Shown here piece after piece: positions 22,430 through 36,134 of a DNA stretch of 64,000 nt. Numbering within the stretch: position 1 is the first letter of the stretch; each line of letters opens with the position of its first letter. Below the pieces are notes generated by a model. That model ran no database searches. It was not told where the DNA came from and saw only the letters and a program-made list of their open reading frames with translations. The translations under genes and the position numbers were made by a program. The stretch spans positions 2,046,860 to 2,110,859 of the forward strand of contig OZ316893.1 in the NCBI GenBank assembly GCA_973895155.1. Direction: 5' to 3'. Origin of the DNA: Marsupella aquatica (lineage: Eukaryota; Plantae; Marchantiophyta).

Positions 22430-25137
22430 CTAATGGATTTCTGAACAGGCATATGGTCCAACAGGCTCTCGCAGGCAATCCCCAATAGCAGCTACAGCCG
22501 CCTCTATGGAAGCATCTTCTCCCTGCCAGAAGAAAGGAAAGCCACTAAAGTTTTCAGCCAAACTCAACTGAACCAACAGGAGTAGAAAAGTAGATAGAGC
22601 CATCAGCAGTAATCTTTTGCTCTCTTGATTTTGACTCTCTAAAAAAAGTCTATAATTGAAATGGGTCCAAATAAAAAAAAATGCTGCTAATGCTGCATTA
22701 GTCTCACGACCATGACGTAACTGCCAGATCTTGGTCTCTGAGGGCAGCTGTGAAAGTATGAATGATACCTAAAACAACAACATTCCATAGCGAGAATGGT
22801 TGACAAAACGCAGTATCAGCCTAGACATTTACCAGGCTCTTCTGAACCTAGACAAACGCTGTTGAAATTCATCCCCACAACACAGAATCTAAGTTTTCAA
22901 CCTACCAGTAAAAGCTAAAGTACAATATAATGTTACCTGCTCTCGCCAATAGAATATGTTCCCGTACTTTCCTGCCAACCTTGACCAAAAGCTCCTTGGC
23001 ACATTGAGGTCTACTGAAGCGCCCACATTAAAGTTCAAAATGTTGCCTGCATCAAAACTCACGTTATTTCCAGGGGCAGAAGATCTCCCTCATCGTATGC
23101 AACGACTTCTATGTCGCCAAAGAGGAGGTCAACAAATAGATATGTCCTCACATCGGTCCTCAGTCTCGTCAAAGGCCCAGCTTCGTTTAAGAAACACACT
23201 GTACAGGAGGATGCTCGAGGAAATTAGACAAATCATACAATATACTAAAACTGGTCATATGTCCTGCACCCTAAAGAGATTTTGATATCCTACCCATACT
23301 GGGATCAGCCACAAAAACGATGGTGTTGTCATCAACTTGCCAAAAATTCTTGACTGCTAAACCTGCGCCAATGCACGAATCAGAATCATAACAAGATTAA
23401 AAAGCTGTCAACTTCGTACGATACTTAAGGAGCAATTACACGTTCAATGAATTGCTGACAACTTTAAGACTAAAAGTAACGTCTTCGATAATAGACAACC
23501 AACAGCTGTGTCCTAAAGGCCGCAGTCTTTCAATGGCTTCAACAATTCGTATGATACATACCAGGGGTCTCAGGGTAGTTCTGTGCCAAGACTCGCAGCT
23601 TGAATCCAGTTTCTTCTTCAATACTGGCCACAGAGTTTGCAATGCGGCTTTCCTGTAATCAAAACCAAAAACAAATTAAAAACTTTACAATTTGCTGGAA
23701 ATCATACTTGAGAAGGGCTAGGAATCTATCTGTATATCTAGAAATCGCATTTGGTAGAGATTCTCACCTGTTGGGGAGATAAGAACCCAGCGACATCTAT
23801 GACAGTCGAAAAACTCTTGGGAAGCAGATCGGGTCTATTCACACCTTCTGGTCTTGCTAGAGCAGAGTCCACTCCTGCCACAAAAAGCAGACCACAAACA
23901 GGTGGAAACGGCAATCAAGACCGCTTGAAAAAAGTCTTCTTCGGAGGTATAATGAAATTCGGAATACTTGTCGTGAATATTAAAGGCCATCAATCAATTT
24001 CCGCACTCCTGGAGACAGATATTGGTACTTCGACCACAAATGAATGCGTCAAAACAAACTGCCTGCTACAGTTATATTTTACCGAAAAAGGGGTTTCCAC
24101 TGAGACTCCGAAAGAGCAGGTTACTGCGTGTTGTCTTGAGATGAAGATGAAGATCACTGTGTCTCTCAATAGATAAAGACAGAAGCAAGCCATTTTGAGT
24201 GGAAGAGCTACTTAGAGCCGTAACGCTCAAGCTCATGCTCATCAGAACTCTGGTACATGACCTTCAATTTCATCTCATCGTCCGGGCAACGACTGATGCA
24301 TTTCTCACATGGAGATATGCGAAAGGTGATATTACCAACACTGACATCTACAACAAAGCTGAGAAACCTTCCTCGTGCTGTCTTTTATATTATGTTTTCA
24401 GAAAGGTTTTAGATGAAGTTCGTAGACTGAGCCTCCTTGACAAAACCATCTGATTCATTAACTTTGACGAATTTTTGCTTAATATTACGATTACTTTGAA
24501 AGGTAAAAGACGGAGAGATCTCTCCAGATGACTCGATACATCAGATCAGAAATCCTCAAGGGGTGGGGCAAATTTCTTGAGAATCTGCTTTCCTCTTGTA
24601 AAGTAAGTTTTCTTCTGTAATGACTCTTAAAAAAGCTCTAGTAAACGAAATGGAAGAAATGAACGAGTGAGTGAAGCCGGAGAGAGGGCAGGAGACTGAA
24701 AGCCTGAGGAAGGACCCAAAGGCCAGACTCCAATTTGGACACAGCTCAGTACTAGCGACCAAAAAAAGGCAAATTCGTGCATAATTCTATTCCACACCAA
24801 ACCTTGTCCGCATAGGTCCGCACACAGGAAATGCCGATGGCAATGAGAGTCGCTCACCACACAAAGAAACCGAGAGACTGAGAGCCGCTGCAGCAGCTGC
24901 ATTTAGAAGCGGCCGACCGAGATTTCCCAGGCAGATGGCTGATTGCCCTCCTCCATTTTGCGATTGATGGGAGGAGGTCACCAATGGCATACCATGCCCA
25001 CTTGCCGTCTGCTCTACCCTGTGCCTTCGGGTCCTTAGAAACGACAGCTTACTTTCAACCAACCTGCATCCACAATCCCGGGATGCAGTTGGTATAATGA
25101 GACTGCTGGTTGACGCGGTGGTAAAAATGGTGGCCAT
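22430..25137 (-). CDS. Thylakoid lumenal 15.0 kDa protein (TPM-domain family, At5g52970-like), 6 coding exons
   Basis: Exons 25137-24858, 23874-23768, 23652-23562, 23362-23294, 23046-22937 and 22522-22430 have phase-consistent GT-AG introns. They give a Ser/Thr-rich transit peptide, a hydrophobic stretch and an ALA cleavage site. The mature part reads [93 protein letters not shown]..CLREP. Invisible in the ORF track. Confidence 0.92.
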
Positions 25138-25919
25138 GGCTTGTCTTCGGCAGCTTTCACCTCAGAAGCTTGATGATCCCGATCAATTCAGGTGTGCCTG
25201 TGGAAAATCCAGTCACAATTGAGAAGGCAATTTCAAACGAATAGCTCCCAGTTTTTACTTCTTCCTCCTACTGGTGGCACTGAAGGCCAGAGCAACAAAT
25301 TCTTCAGAATAAAATAATTACCAAAAACAAATCCTCTGCCCTGAGAACTTCGTGAGAGGCATTGCTTCTCATGGACTGAAAGACACATCACTCATATTTG
25401 CAATCCGGTTTGCTCAATAACCCAAGACCAGTATAGCATTTCGATCTAAAAAGACCCATTTCAAAGATCTTGAGTGAGACATCAGTACTAAACGGTGAGA
25501 TTCATCCTCCAGGATACCAGACACATCACGACGGAATGGACAATGGTTCAAATTGGCTGACCTCAAACTCCAATTTTACTTTCCAACTACACAGAACTGT
25601 CACAAATGTGCAAAGAAACGCAGTCACCACTGGACAAAATTCAGTGCCATGGGTCTCGGGGCGATTCCTGGGCTATAGAGAGGAGATTCCACAATACCTG
25701 TGATTGCTGAGTGACACCTCGCACCGAACGACGTTGAATTTGGAGCTGAGCGCCAAAGAAATTCGGGGCTCTTTGTCGCTTGGAAGGATGGATGGATAGT
25801 ACGGACGTGTCACAAAATCTGTCACAAACTTATCAGTCCAAGTAAGCCTCCCTGAAATTGAAGCCACGATGGACCCCTGCCTTTTCCAAAATGCCCGGAT
25901 AAACGTTTGCAACCTGGAT

Positions 25920-26047
25920 GGACCGCAGGCAAACCCTCTTCTCTGCTCATATAGTACATACTACATTACATAGTAAACTTTGGAAAATTGTAAACTATGT
26001 AATGTATGTGTAATATATGAGCAGAGAAGAGGGTTTGGCTGCAGTCC
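25920..26047. repeat. Long inverted repeat (hairpin 1): arms of about 55 bp, 19-nt loop
   Basis: 25920-25974 versus the reverse complement of 25994-26047 shows four mismatches and one indel. Confidence 0.92.
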
Positions 26048-26150
26048 AAAGATTACTCTGCTTTACAATCTTTGGGAATTTCAGTCCAAAGATGAAATTC
26101 CTGTCACTGAATTTCAGGTCCAAAGATTGCAAAGCATAGTAATCTTTGGA
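26045..26150. repeat. Inverted repeat (hairpin 2): 31-bp arms, each self-palindromic
   Basis: TCCAAAGATTACTCTGCTTTACAATCTTTGG (26045-26075) versus the reverse complement of 26120-26150 matches 29/31. Confidence 0.9.
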
Positions 26151-27251
26151 AATTTGTAAGTGTCTGGCATCTCAATGAAATTTGAAGATATAAGGCTCAT
26201 TGAAATATTTATGGATTCTCGATGAAATTTGAATATAAAGGCTCATTTAATATTCCTAAGCCGGAAACCCCCAAAAAATAGATTCCATTGGATATTGAGG
26301 GAGACTCTGGTACCAAGGTTAGCTACTCAAAACTTTGGAAAGTACAATGAGTGATTGAGTAATCTTTAGATATTCATAACTCTATCAATACTTCATGAAA
26401 ATCAGAGATATGAAACTAACTTGTTGGAAAGATCTTTCTCAGCTACTTCTAACGTGACCAAGAATATACGATCCCATGTGACATCAAGAAGGGACGTATT
26501 GAATTTAAAGTTTGCTGCTGAAACTTGTGGAGATGATAAGAATGTCAATGAGTGATGCAAAAGGTGTCAGTCCATGGGGTTGCTTGGTTCACGAGCCATG
26601 TGCATAGTTTCCCATCCCCTATTTTTTTCAATTTGAATAAAAAATTAAAGGAATTGTCAGCCACCACCCAATGCATTACTTTGTAGATGACATGGCAGGT
26701 GCAGATTGTACCATATTTATAGTTCAAGTTTATTACCCTCTCAAGTGTTCATTTTTACGACTGCTTTTGGAAGAGGACAATTTTAAACAAGGTGCACATT
26801 GATGTCCAACATTGGATTAACATGTATATTAGCCAATTTTAAACCTGGCCTAATTAGCAACTCTTCCTACAGCGTAGAAGAGAAAGCAGCTTGAAAATTT
26901 AAGAAATTCACAATATTGAAAAATGGAGAAAGAAAATATTTGGATGAAGAACCATTTCCGGAAAACGAGGAACAGATTGAAAAAAAACCTCCTTGGAAAC
27001 GCAATGTACAGAGACTACTCATTAAGATCATCATGGTGTTGAAGCTTGTATGGGATACAATGTTTGACCAACCAACTTGGATGGATCCAGCAGGTTTAGT
27101 TTTCAGAAGCTGTTACTCAGATACTATTTGAGTTCAAAGCAAAGCGTGAAAACATGCCATCCATATTTTAGTGGTCCATCCAAGATGTTTGTCACATGTT
27201 GTGGTGCATCTGGGCCTCTTTCTCTCATTGTCATAGTGTCTGTCCAAAAAG

Positions 27252-27423
27252 GGAATAAAACCACACCCGTAATTGAATAAGAGTGTTCCCTGCAATAGTG
27301 CTCTGGAGGGAGTGAAGGCTCTAGAGAAACAATAGTTCCAGTGTTTTCGAGGGAGTGAGGGCTCTAGAGAAACAATAGTTCCTTCCTTTCTGTCAGGAAT
27401 AAAACCACACCCACAATTGAATA
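27252..27423. repeat. Nested direct repeats: about 27-bp flanks around a tandem pair of about 43-bp period
   Basis: GGAATAAAACCACACCC..AATTGAATA occurs at about 27252 and 27396. GAGGGAGTGA(A/G)GGCTCTAGAGAAACAATAGTTCC occurs at about 27306 and 27349. Confidence 0.8.
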
Positions 27424-29060
27424 CTGGGCAACAATACACACTCCACAATCCAGCCTTGGGAATGCACACAGGTACTCAATGCAGGCCACAGAGATGCGAG
27501 ATATGAGGGTGGAAACAACAATAGACAATCCAGTTACCAACAGTCTGGTGAACTTCTTGTCCCATAAAATTCATGACTTCTTTATCATAACTCCGTTAGA
27601 TGACTTTTAAACCATTCTTCAGAAATAGACACAAGTTCCAAGTTAAAATAATAAACAAAACCATTAGCATCAATTTCAGATTTTCTATAAATTGTTGAAA
27701 GAGGTGTAATATGGGCACCATCATTGGAGGTGAGAGAGGACTTGGTTCCAGACTGGGGAGCAAGCACCAGCTCATGAGGGAGGCGCATGGGGACTGGGGA
27801 GAAAAGGGGACTAGCAAGCATTTAAGGCAAATATGCGGAGGCAACTTTGCCAGGGAAGTCGGGGGTGGGACGACCACACAGGGTCACATAAGGTGTAGGT
27901 ACAGAAAACTGGAAAACGAGGTATATAACTTGTATTCCCGTCACTTAAGGTATACGTATCGAAAACCCAAAAACAAGCAGGTGAAGTAGAGGAGGTATAA
28001 AGTCTGGATATGGAAAACTCGCAAACAAGCAGATAAAGTAGGAGAAGGAGGTATAAGAGTTTGCCTTTCTGCTAGGTAAAGTTGGCAAGGCACCAGGATC
28101 CTAAAGGCAAGAACCCCAGTAAAGAGAGGGACATGTTACCTTTAACTCGTTACTTCACCTTGCGCACCCAGACTTCAACACGGTGAATCTGTCTCATTGA
28201 CTAGAACATTGCTGCTATTATGAATTTCCGAACATGATTTGAGTGGAGATTCTATATTGTTTAAAAAAGGGATTCTCGTGGTTACCAGAATCCATTTCGA
28301 TATTTTTCTTTCCTTCTCTTATTCGAATGGTTACTTCAGTACTCATCGAGGCAATTGAGAAAGGACACACAAGGCAGACAGGTCCATTGTTCTCAGCCTC
28401 GCTCGTTCCGTTCACTCTACTGTAATTAGAGATCATGTTCAGAATTGGTTGACCGTACATGTCTGGCTCGACCAGGCCTGGTTTGCCGCCAGACCAAAGT
28501 TGCTTGAAGTCCCTACTAGCACGTTCACGGTGAGATGCCAAATCCATTCCGGGAACCATATATGAATGCACATCATGGTATAAAGTACACCTGGAAGTAA
28601 ATTCTCAGGGAAATAAAACAATTTTATGTCGCTAATAGAATAGTACAAATTTACGTAGTCCAATGAAACCGTTTTCAGCATTAAAAGCTTCGACTATAGA
28701 ATCAACCTAAGTACACAGGACTCCAGGAAATACAGCGCTCCAGGATCCGTAAGTGACATAAACACACTTGATACAAACATCACCAAATGGATTCGAGACC
28801 GTGCTCAGAAAACACACAGCCCCAATCGTTGACTGGACGTTATACTCTGGCTAATGTTTTAACAGATCCATTCCCCTGATCGCAGGACATATTTTGGCTC
28901 AAGTGGTGTCCATTTGCTTGCAGACTTAACTCGAAGCAAGTCAACCAGAAGTCAGACCCAACAAACCTCCTTGGTGATTCATCTTAACCCACATATTTGT
29001 TGGTGCACCTCGTAAACTCGCCCGCCAGAGCGCCAAGACCATGAAATTTGCAACCCCAGG

Positions 29061-31027
29061 TCAACATTCACAGGCTGATGACTTTTGGGGCCTACCAGCA
29101 GCAACATCAATGGTATCTGGGAGATATCTGTGCACCCAGGAAGTTTGGAAGTTCAGACTTAGCGATTCAACCCTAGACATCATACAAATAACAGCAGCCA
29201 ATGTTGCAATAACTACGAGTGTAAAGAATTGCATGCTTAGCAGTTGTAGGGGAGCCAGATTGACATACATCTCTTCCTCGGTCTCATTCTTCAGAGCATT
29301 CTTTGCTATACACTGAAACGCCGCGTCTACATTATAGTCCTCCTTCGCAGAAGTTTCAAAATAAGGAATGTTGCCCTTAGTTCCACACCAGCTCTTTGCC
29401 TTTTTTTCGGAGACCTGCAAAGAAACGATGTGAACAGTTCAGATATTTATGCCGACCAATGTGACCACATGTGGAGAAGAAAACATTCTGAAAAAGCTCA
29501 GATAATGCTGAAAGTGAATGCACAGCTCTCAATGTCAACAAGTAGAAATCCAACTTACCACTCGGCTGTTTCCACTGTCAACATCAACTTTGTTCCCGAG
29601 AACCACAAACGGAAAGTTTTCTGGATCAGACGGACTAGCCTGGAAACAGATGGAGTGAAACAGTTTCAGGAATCAAAGTTGTTGTAACCATGAAGTATTG
29701 GTGCACTCATATAAGAGAACTAAGAATGATTTGTTTTGAAAGCCCGGGAGACCCCAACTTATGGCGAGGCACAGGGCACAACACAGCACAAGAAAAATGA
29801 AATGCACCAGCTACATTCGCAGAGAGCACTAATGCTCGCATGGACCAGAGACTACGTACAAATCCACTCCAAGTAATTCCCTAATAATTCGGCAAAACAA
29901 CGCTGGACCTCACGGGATCCGAAATCCTATCCCGAAAGTGGCAGCTGGTACAAGAGGTGGAGGAAGAGGTTTCAAAGGCACAACAGAAGAGAAGATGGAC
30001 CTGGATAAGAAATTCGTCGCGCCAGTTGTCAAGATTGTCAAAAGATTTCATCACATTTACGTCATAAACCAGGACACAGCAATCTGCCCCTCGATAAAAT
30101 GCAACACCCAGGCTTTGGAAGCGCTCTTGACCTGCAGTGTCCCAAATCTGCAACAGAGTATTCCAACTAGAAAAATTGTAAGAAAGGGTTTAATGAATTT
30201 TCAAAGTAAAAAAACCTGCAGGAGCAAGACGACCCAAACGTATTCATGAATGAAAATCCTGCTGCACACTAAGAAGAAACACTGCACTACATTTCTGTGG
30301 CTGCCCATTTATGGAATCCCGGTTAAAAGGAATTCGAAACAGTCACCTGCATGGTGACGAGTCTGTCCTCCACTTGAACCTCCTTGGTCAAGAAATCTGC
30401 TCCAATTGTTGCCTTATACTGATTGCTAAATTTCTTATTGACATATCTGGTTCGGGAGTTTAAGGAGATGAACTTGACCAACGCATGAATTTTGGACCAG
30501 ACGTACAACATGACAACCTGAAACAACGCTCTAGCATATAACCCACATACAAATCATGGACATGATGAGAAGGGATACTGGTTCATCAGCGACGTTTTCC
30601 CAACCCTGCCAAAGACATACAGGGCGCCCACAAGCACAAATTTGTCAACAGAGGACTTAAGACACCTGCTCAGAGGAGCGAAAGCCTGACGCCCACTATT
30701 TTTTCCTCATGCCATACATTGGGTTCGTACCACAGGCCTGAAAGGGCACACTGAGTCCAACGGCATGACATATCCTTGCGGGGAATACCTTTGGAGGAAC
30801 GCCGGGCAAAGAAAGGACAGCGAAATAAAAACTCTACGACGATCCTTCATTCCACTTACCAAGCAAAAACGAACAAGGCAAACCCAGGAAATCCCTAACG
30901 AATCCAAAAGGAGCAAGAGGATCAACAGCCAGCATATCCCAATCCACACACTTCGCGCCGAGAGAAGAACTTACCCGCTATCTCCGAGGATGATAACCTT
31001 GAGCAGAGTCCGTTTCCGAGCTGACAT
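29061..31027 (-). CDS. RABG3: Rab7/RabG3 small GTPase, 7 coding exons
   Basis: [18 protein letters not shown]|VGKTSLMNQ|[23 protein letters not shown]|[24 protein letters not shown]|..FPFVVLGTKLM-like NKxD region at 29559-29640|[17 protein letters not shown]|[13 protein letters not shown], with a C-x-C prenylation motif. Confidence 0.96.
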
Positions 31028-32059
31028 GATGACAGAGTTTTCCCTCGTTCCCGGCTCTGCTACAACCTCACTCCCAACCTCACTCAGTGAGTCTGGATCT
31101 GGCTTGCCCTAAACGTTGCCTTTGCCGTCCCCGCCTTGCCCTCGCCTCAGACACTCTTGAGCTCGGCCCAACCACCCAGCCAGCCACCCAGCCACCCAGC
31201 CACCCAGCCACCCAGCCAATCCCCTCGGCCGTCCGTCCAGTAGCAGCAGGCAGTCAGGCCCTCGTCCCAGCTTTCCGCTTCCACAAAAACTGGAGTCTCA
31301 TCAAACGCACTGCGTCACCCCTCCCGCTTCGATGAGCAAGCCCTCAGACAATTCTCCGATCTCCAATCACACTCGCCCTGCCCACCCGCACAAACAAACC
31401 AGCAAACAATCCGCGTCCCTGGCCTGCCTGCCTGCCTGCCTCTCCGTCCGTCTCTCACACAAGTGCGACAAAGTAATCCGAAGGGGCAGCGTCTACACAG
31501 CAGAGGCCGATCGATTGATCTCTCTCCAGGCGTACGCTCTTCGTTGGTTCGATTCTTCGCTTCCTGCTTTCCTCCTTCTCGCTCCTCTCTCCAAGCGTAC
31601 ACTCTCCTCTCCTCTCCTCTCCTTTCCTCTTCCTCGCCTCAATGTGTCGTCCCTCGCTGTGTCTGTCGTTCTGTCCGTCTGTCGATCGATTGTTCGTCTA
31701 GACGCCAATCAATCTTTGCGTCGAATGGAGGACCGCCCTCACGGAAAGCTCGAAGCGGCCCCTTCCTTGTAAGTACGTGGCAGGACCCCTCAGAGGCTCA
31801 GAGGCTCAGAGGGGGAGCGCCAGCCAAGCCCAGCAGACCAGAGCCGAGCATAGCAGCGCGCTACACTACTACTGTAGTAGAGGAGGAGGCGCAAGGAGGA
31901 GGGGGGAGGAGAAACGAAGCCGACTGTCACTTGGCCAAGGGTTCATCTCCATGGAACCCAGTGTACGCCTCAGAGTGGGAGCCAGCCAGCCAGCTAAGCA
32001 GAGCAGCACGCTAGTAGACGAGTAGCAAGGAGGAGGAGAAATGCATAGGGTAGTGGTCC

Positions 32060-32252
32060 TAGGGTAATGGTCCTGTCACTGGGTATAAAGGTCGACCATG
32101 CGTCGACCTGTGTGTGCGGGGAGGCATATGGGAGACCGTATATATGTAATGGTCTTCCACAAGCCCATTGGCCAATGCTAAGGGCATGTCTGCCACAAAT
32201 TAAACAGGCCAAAAATGTTTTGTCACGGACAATAGACAGGACCAATACCTTA
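32060..32252. mobile_element. MITE of about 190 bp with 18-bp terminal inverted repeats
   Basis: TAGGGTAATGGTCCTGTC (32060-32077) versus the reverse complement of 32235-32252 (TAAGGTATTGGTCCTGTC) matches 16/18, with TA at both ends. The internal sequence recurs, decayed and inverted, at about 14280-14365. Confidence 0.65.
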
Positions 32253-32495
32253 TGACACACATTGTGAATGTACCTCCTTTGCACATTCCAGAAAATTATG
32301 ACTTATGAATGCCTCAAAACCGTATAGTCACATTATGAGTGTCGTGCATATACACATCGCTACACAATACATCGCTTATCACATACATCCAGACATAGTC
32401 ACACTGCCACGTCACAAACACAAGAAAATAGAATACAAGTGGAACTCTTGTCCACACATGTCAAAAAATTCACAATTAATCTCAATAGAATTGAA

Positions 32496-33005
32496 CAGCT
32501 TTTTACTATCCTGTCCTCCAAACTAGCCGAATTTCATAACCTGCCCCCCAAACAAATTAAATTGCTAAGTTGGCCCCCATTTTGTAGATCTGTCTAGGCA
32601 TACCCAGTACATGGTCCCTGGTGCCACATGGCAAGTTGCCACTGGTCCAGGCTAAGCATGGGCAGCGTTCTCACAAGTACGGGCGAGGGGCCAAAAACGG
32701 GTCATTTGCGGGAGGGCTTTGTTCGGGCCAGCGACGGGAGCGGGAGCGGGAGGGCTTTGTTCAGGCCGGCGACGGGGAGCGGGATGGCTCTATTCGGGCC
32801 GGCGATGGGAGTGCCTCGATCGGGAAGGGGTAGAGGGGCAGGGCTTAGCCCGGACCAGTGGCGACTTGCCATGTGGCACCAGGGACCATGTACTGGGTAT
32901 GCCTAAACGGATGTACGGAATGGGGGGCAACTTAGCAATTTAATTTGTTTTGGGGGCAGGTTATGAAATTAGGCTAGTTTGGGGGACAGGATAGTAAAAA
33001 AGCTG
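32496..33005. mobile_element. 510-bp non-autonomous Mutator-like/foldback element with TIRs of about 160 bp and a 10-bp TSD
   Basis: Ends are CAGCTTTTT...AAAAAGCTG. 32496-32657 is the near-perfect reverse complement of 32843-33005. Perfect TSD TAGAATTGAA at 32486-32495 and 33006-33015. The GC/CpG-rich core has internal repeats (TTCGGGCC.GCGA.GGGAG). Confidence 0.93.
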
Positions 33006-33394
33006 TAGAATTGAATCACGATCAACGCCAACAAAACACACTCAATCCTGTCTGATCTGATCACACACATATGTCAAGCCAACGCACCTTGCACTCAAGG
33101 AATCCACGCTACATAGAAGGAGCTCCGACCACCATAGCCACAACACGAGCTCCTCTCTCCAAGGCTCAACATTGAAAGACAACCTTTCGATGCCTCATAG
33201 AGAGAACTATCCTCTCACAATTTAAACCCAACAGAACCTTATCGGCTCATATAGCACATATACTAAACATACAGATCTGGATAGTATGATACACTCTAAC
33301 ACTACCTAGAATGGTGTGACATGAGACATATAGTGATGATGTGGCCGGTACATTTTGATTGGCCCAAATGCTCTTATAGTCAGCCGATGCCCAT

Positions 33395-33570
33395 AATAAG
33401 GGGGGAAGGGTCACTTGGTTAAGGGAATAGCATGAAACTCATTGGTCCTAGGTTCAATTCCCTTCTCCACGTGGGGATGTGGAGGAGACTACCCCACAAC
33501 TTCCGAAATGGGAAAGTGGCCAAGACTTCTCCCTTATTCCACACTACACTCGCTTCTTTTCTCTAAGGTG
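33395..33570 (+). mobile_element. Decayed tRNA-derived SINE-like head
   Basis: TCACTTGGTTAAGG (A-box-like) followed by GGTCCTAGGTTCAATTCCC (B-box). Confidence 0.35.
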
Positions 33571-35862
33571 TGTCGATCTTCTCCACCATTTGGGGAAAAT
33601 GGAGGTATTTGCTTAATAGACCTGCTCCTAGAGATGTTTTGCCCCCTCAAAACTTTTATGCCCCAATTGTCCTCTTTATGATCCGTACTAGGTGTTCTTT
33701 TAATTTAAGCTCTTATAAGATGAGTTTTTGGGTTAGAAGCACCAAACTAGGTCAATTGTGATTGTATGCCTCAACCATGAACCATGCAAATGTCACCGTG
33801 GCTCAAAATGTTAGTGCAAGCGATGTTGTGGAGACATGTTGCTCCTTCTTGCACCACCTATATATCGACATTAGGGCTATTTGGATGTGAAGACATTCAC
33901 GTGAATGTCTTCACTTTGTAAATATTGTTCCGTGTTTTGCAATATCCTCTCATTACATCATTTTCATCCACGCAAGAACGATGATGAGTTCTTCGTGCAG
34001 TGGCTTTCACGAGGCACACTAACCCACCAGAATCGATTGCATAGGAAAGCAGGGGATTGTTGTGCAGATGGTTAAATGTGGATGTCAATTTTTGGGACGT
34101 GTAAACTGAGGAGACAATGTCAGCGCACTCCTCGAACATGTAAACTGAGGAAACGACATCAGTTCATGGCCTGCATAGCCCTTTTTGCATGCATGTGGTT
34201 GAGTTTACATTGTTGAGCTTTCTTGATGTTTTGACAAGATGTATTGACCTCTGCACAATATTGATGTGCACATTGAAGTACAAGATGGCAAGTGATGTAA
34301 GTGAACTCAATCTTTGCCGTAGAGGGGGTGTCTATGAGGTGGACATCCCCAATTTTGATAGGCAATCACCAGAAAGAGCTAGGCGGGGCTAGGAATGACA
34401 CAAAGACATCTGAAAAATCTGATATTAATTTGGATGGGACAAGTCCTAAAAAGGTGAAAGATATGTGCTTCACATTAATATTTACTTTTCTTATAAAGTT
34501 GCTCTTGTGTATGTTGTATGAATTTTCATAGATTACAAGGCTACTCATTTGAAGTTCCATGGCTTACTCTTTGAGGTTTCATTCAAAGATGTTGTCCTTA
34601 GATGATAACACTACTCTTTGAAGTTCTTGCACCTAATGACGTTCTCCATCATGTCTTCACATTCTAGTATTCTATAATGCTCTTGGCAGTGGAAGCAGAG
34701 GCGACTTGTATTCATCCTACTCTTGGGATTGATCCGTTGCTCACACTAGAAAGCTTGGCACAACTTTAAGCATGTCCTCCCCCATCCCCCAGTATATATT
34801 GGAACTGACCTCTCCTGCCTAGCTCTAGGATCAATCCAACTATCAACAACCAAACTAGGTGGAGATGAGTTGCAGTGAGTGTTGCTTCAATACATGATTC
34901 ATTGAACAATAGATAGTTGCATACGTAGCTTAATTAGAAGACCAAGGCGCTTCTATAGTCAGTCAGTTGCACATTATATTTAGCTACCAAACCGTTCGTC
35001 CTTGTCTTTGCAGGTCCTTAGCATCTCTTTCCAAAAGCATATACAACAACTTTGTGGCCCGTCAGTCGTACATTGATCATTCTAGTCACAAAACAGCTCT
35101 ACGTCCATGCTTTCAGGTGAGTCTTCCTATCAATTGGCATCCCAAGCAACGTTCCATCTCCGGACCAGCTAGCTAGACTCAATTGCGCATGTAGTCACCG
35201 GCAAAGACCTAAGCCATTGCTTTTCAGAGCAGTGAACTCCCACAACATGCACTCCTTCCTCTTCCTTAACCATGTCCACTTATGTCTTCTGACTCCTATC
35301 CAAGCTAGATTGTAGTAACAAACATTCTCATTAAAGTTCCAAAGTACCAAAAGCCTCCAAGCCGTCGTAAACACAGAAAAGTGCCCACAAATCATTAGGG
35401 CAACACCAAGTTCTCCATGTTCCGCTTCAATTGAAAGTCCTATGACTCCACCCAAGTTGCAGGCCAAAACCCATATCAAAGCCATTGATAGCATGCAGCT
35501 TAGAGCGCAAGAGCATCTCCCATCGTAGAAACCCATTTCAGTTATCGATGTGAAGCATTCATTAATCATTGCTCTGAAGTACGTTGCCAGCATTCATCGA
35601 AGCATTCACTAACTAAAACCATCCAACCATCCGATGCTCTTTGTGGCTCCCCAAATAACATTTGGATTTGGCAAAGGCTTAGACAATGAGTGCACAAAAA
35701 GTTGTGCCTTGAGCTATACGGAAGGCCTAAAATTTGCTACAAAGACTTGAAATTGGTGATCAACCAAGTTCACAAGAGAGAAAAGATTAATCACCTCCTA
35801 GTATATAAATGCCCGATTGCCATGCACGGTTATTTGTCACAAGCCCATCGATTTGGCATCTT

Positions 35863-36134
35863 GGGGGCTTGACTATCAAAAATCTTAGGAATCATGCGAT
35901 CTTAAATATATATATTTTTATATAAATTAACTAAAATTTTAAAGGCAAAAGAATATATTATAAACTCATGTTTGTAGAATATTTTCTAATATATATATTT
36001 ATAAAGTAAAATAGTCAGGTTATTAATATTTAAAATTGAGAATATTTTTGACAATTTTTTTTATAAAATAGGTCTATTTATATTAAACTAGAATCACACG
36101 TGATATCCCAAAATATACGCTTAATTAACCCCCC
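35863..36134. mobile_element. AT-rich MITE of about 270 bp, copy A
   Basis: Ends are GGGGGCTTGACTA ... TTAATTAACCCCCC. It is the reverse complement of 37961-38221 along its length. Confidence 0.75.

Noticed and set aside
28218-28681. ORFs downstream of RabG3
   Set aside because: Most simply 3' UTR or intergenic sequence, with no motifs.
31087-32025. Overlapping 80-180 aa ORFs upstream of RabG3 (similarly 6404-7431 upstream of DA1)
   Set aside because: GC-rich, microsatellite-rich promoter/UTR DNA with few stop codons and no protein signatures.
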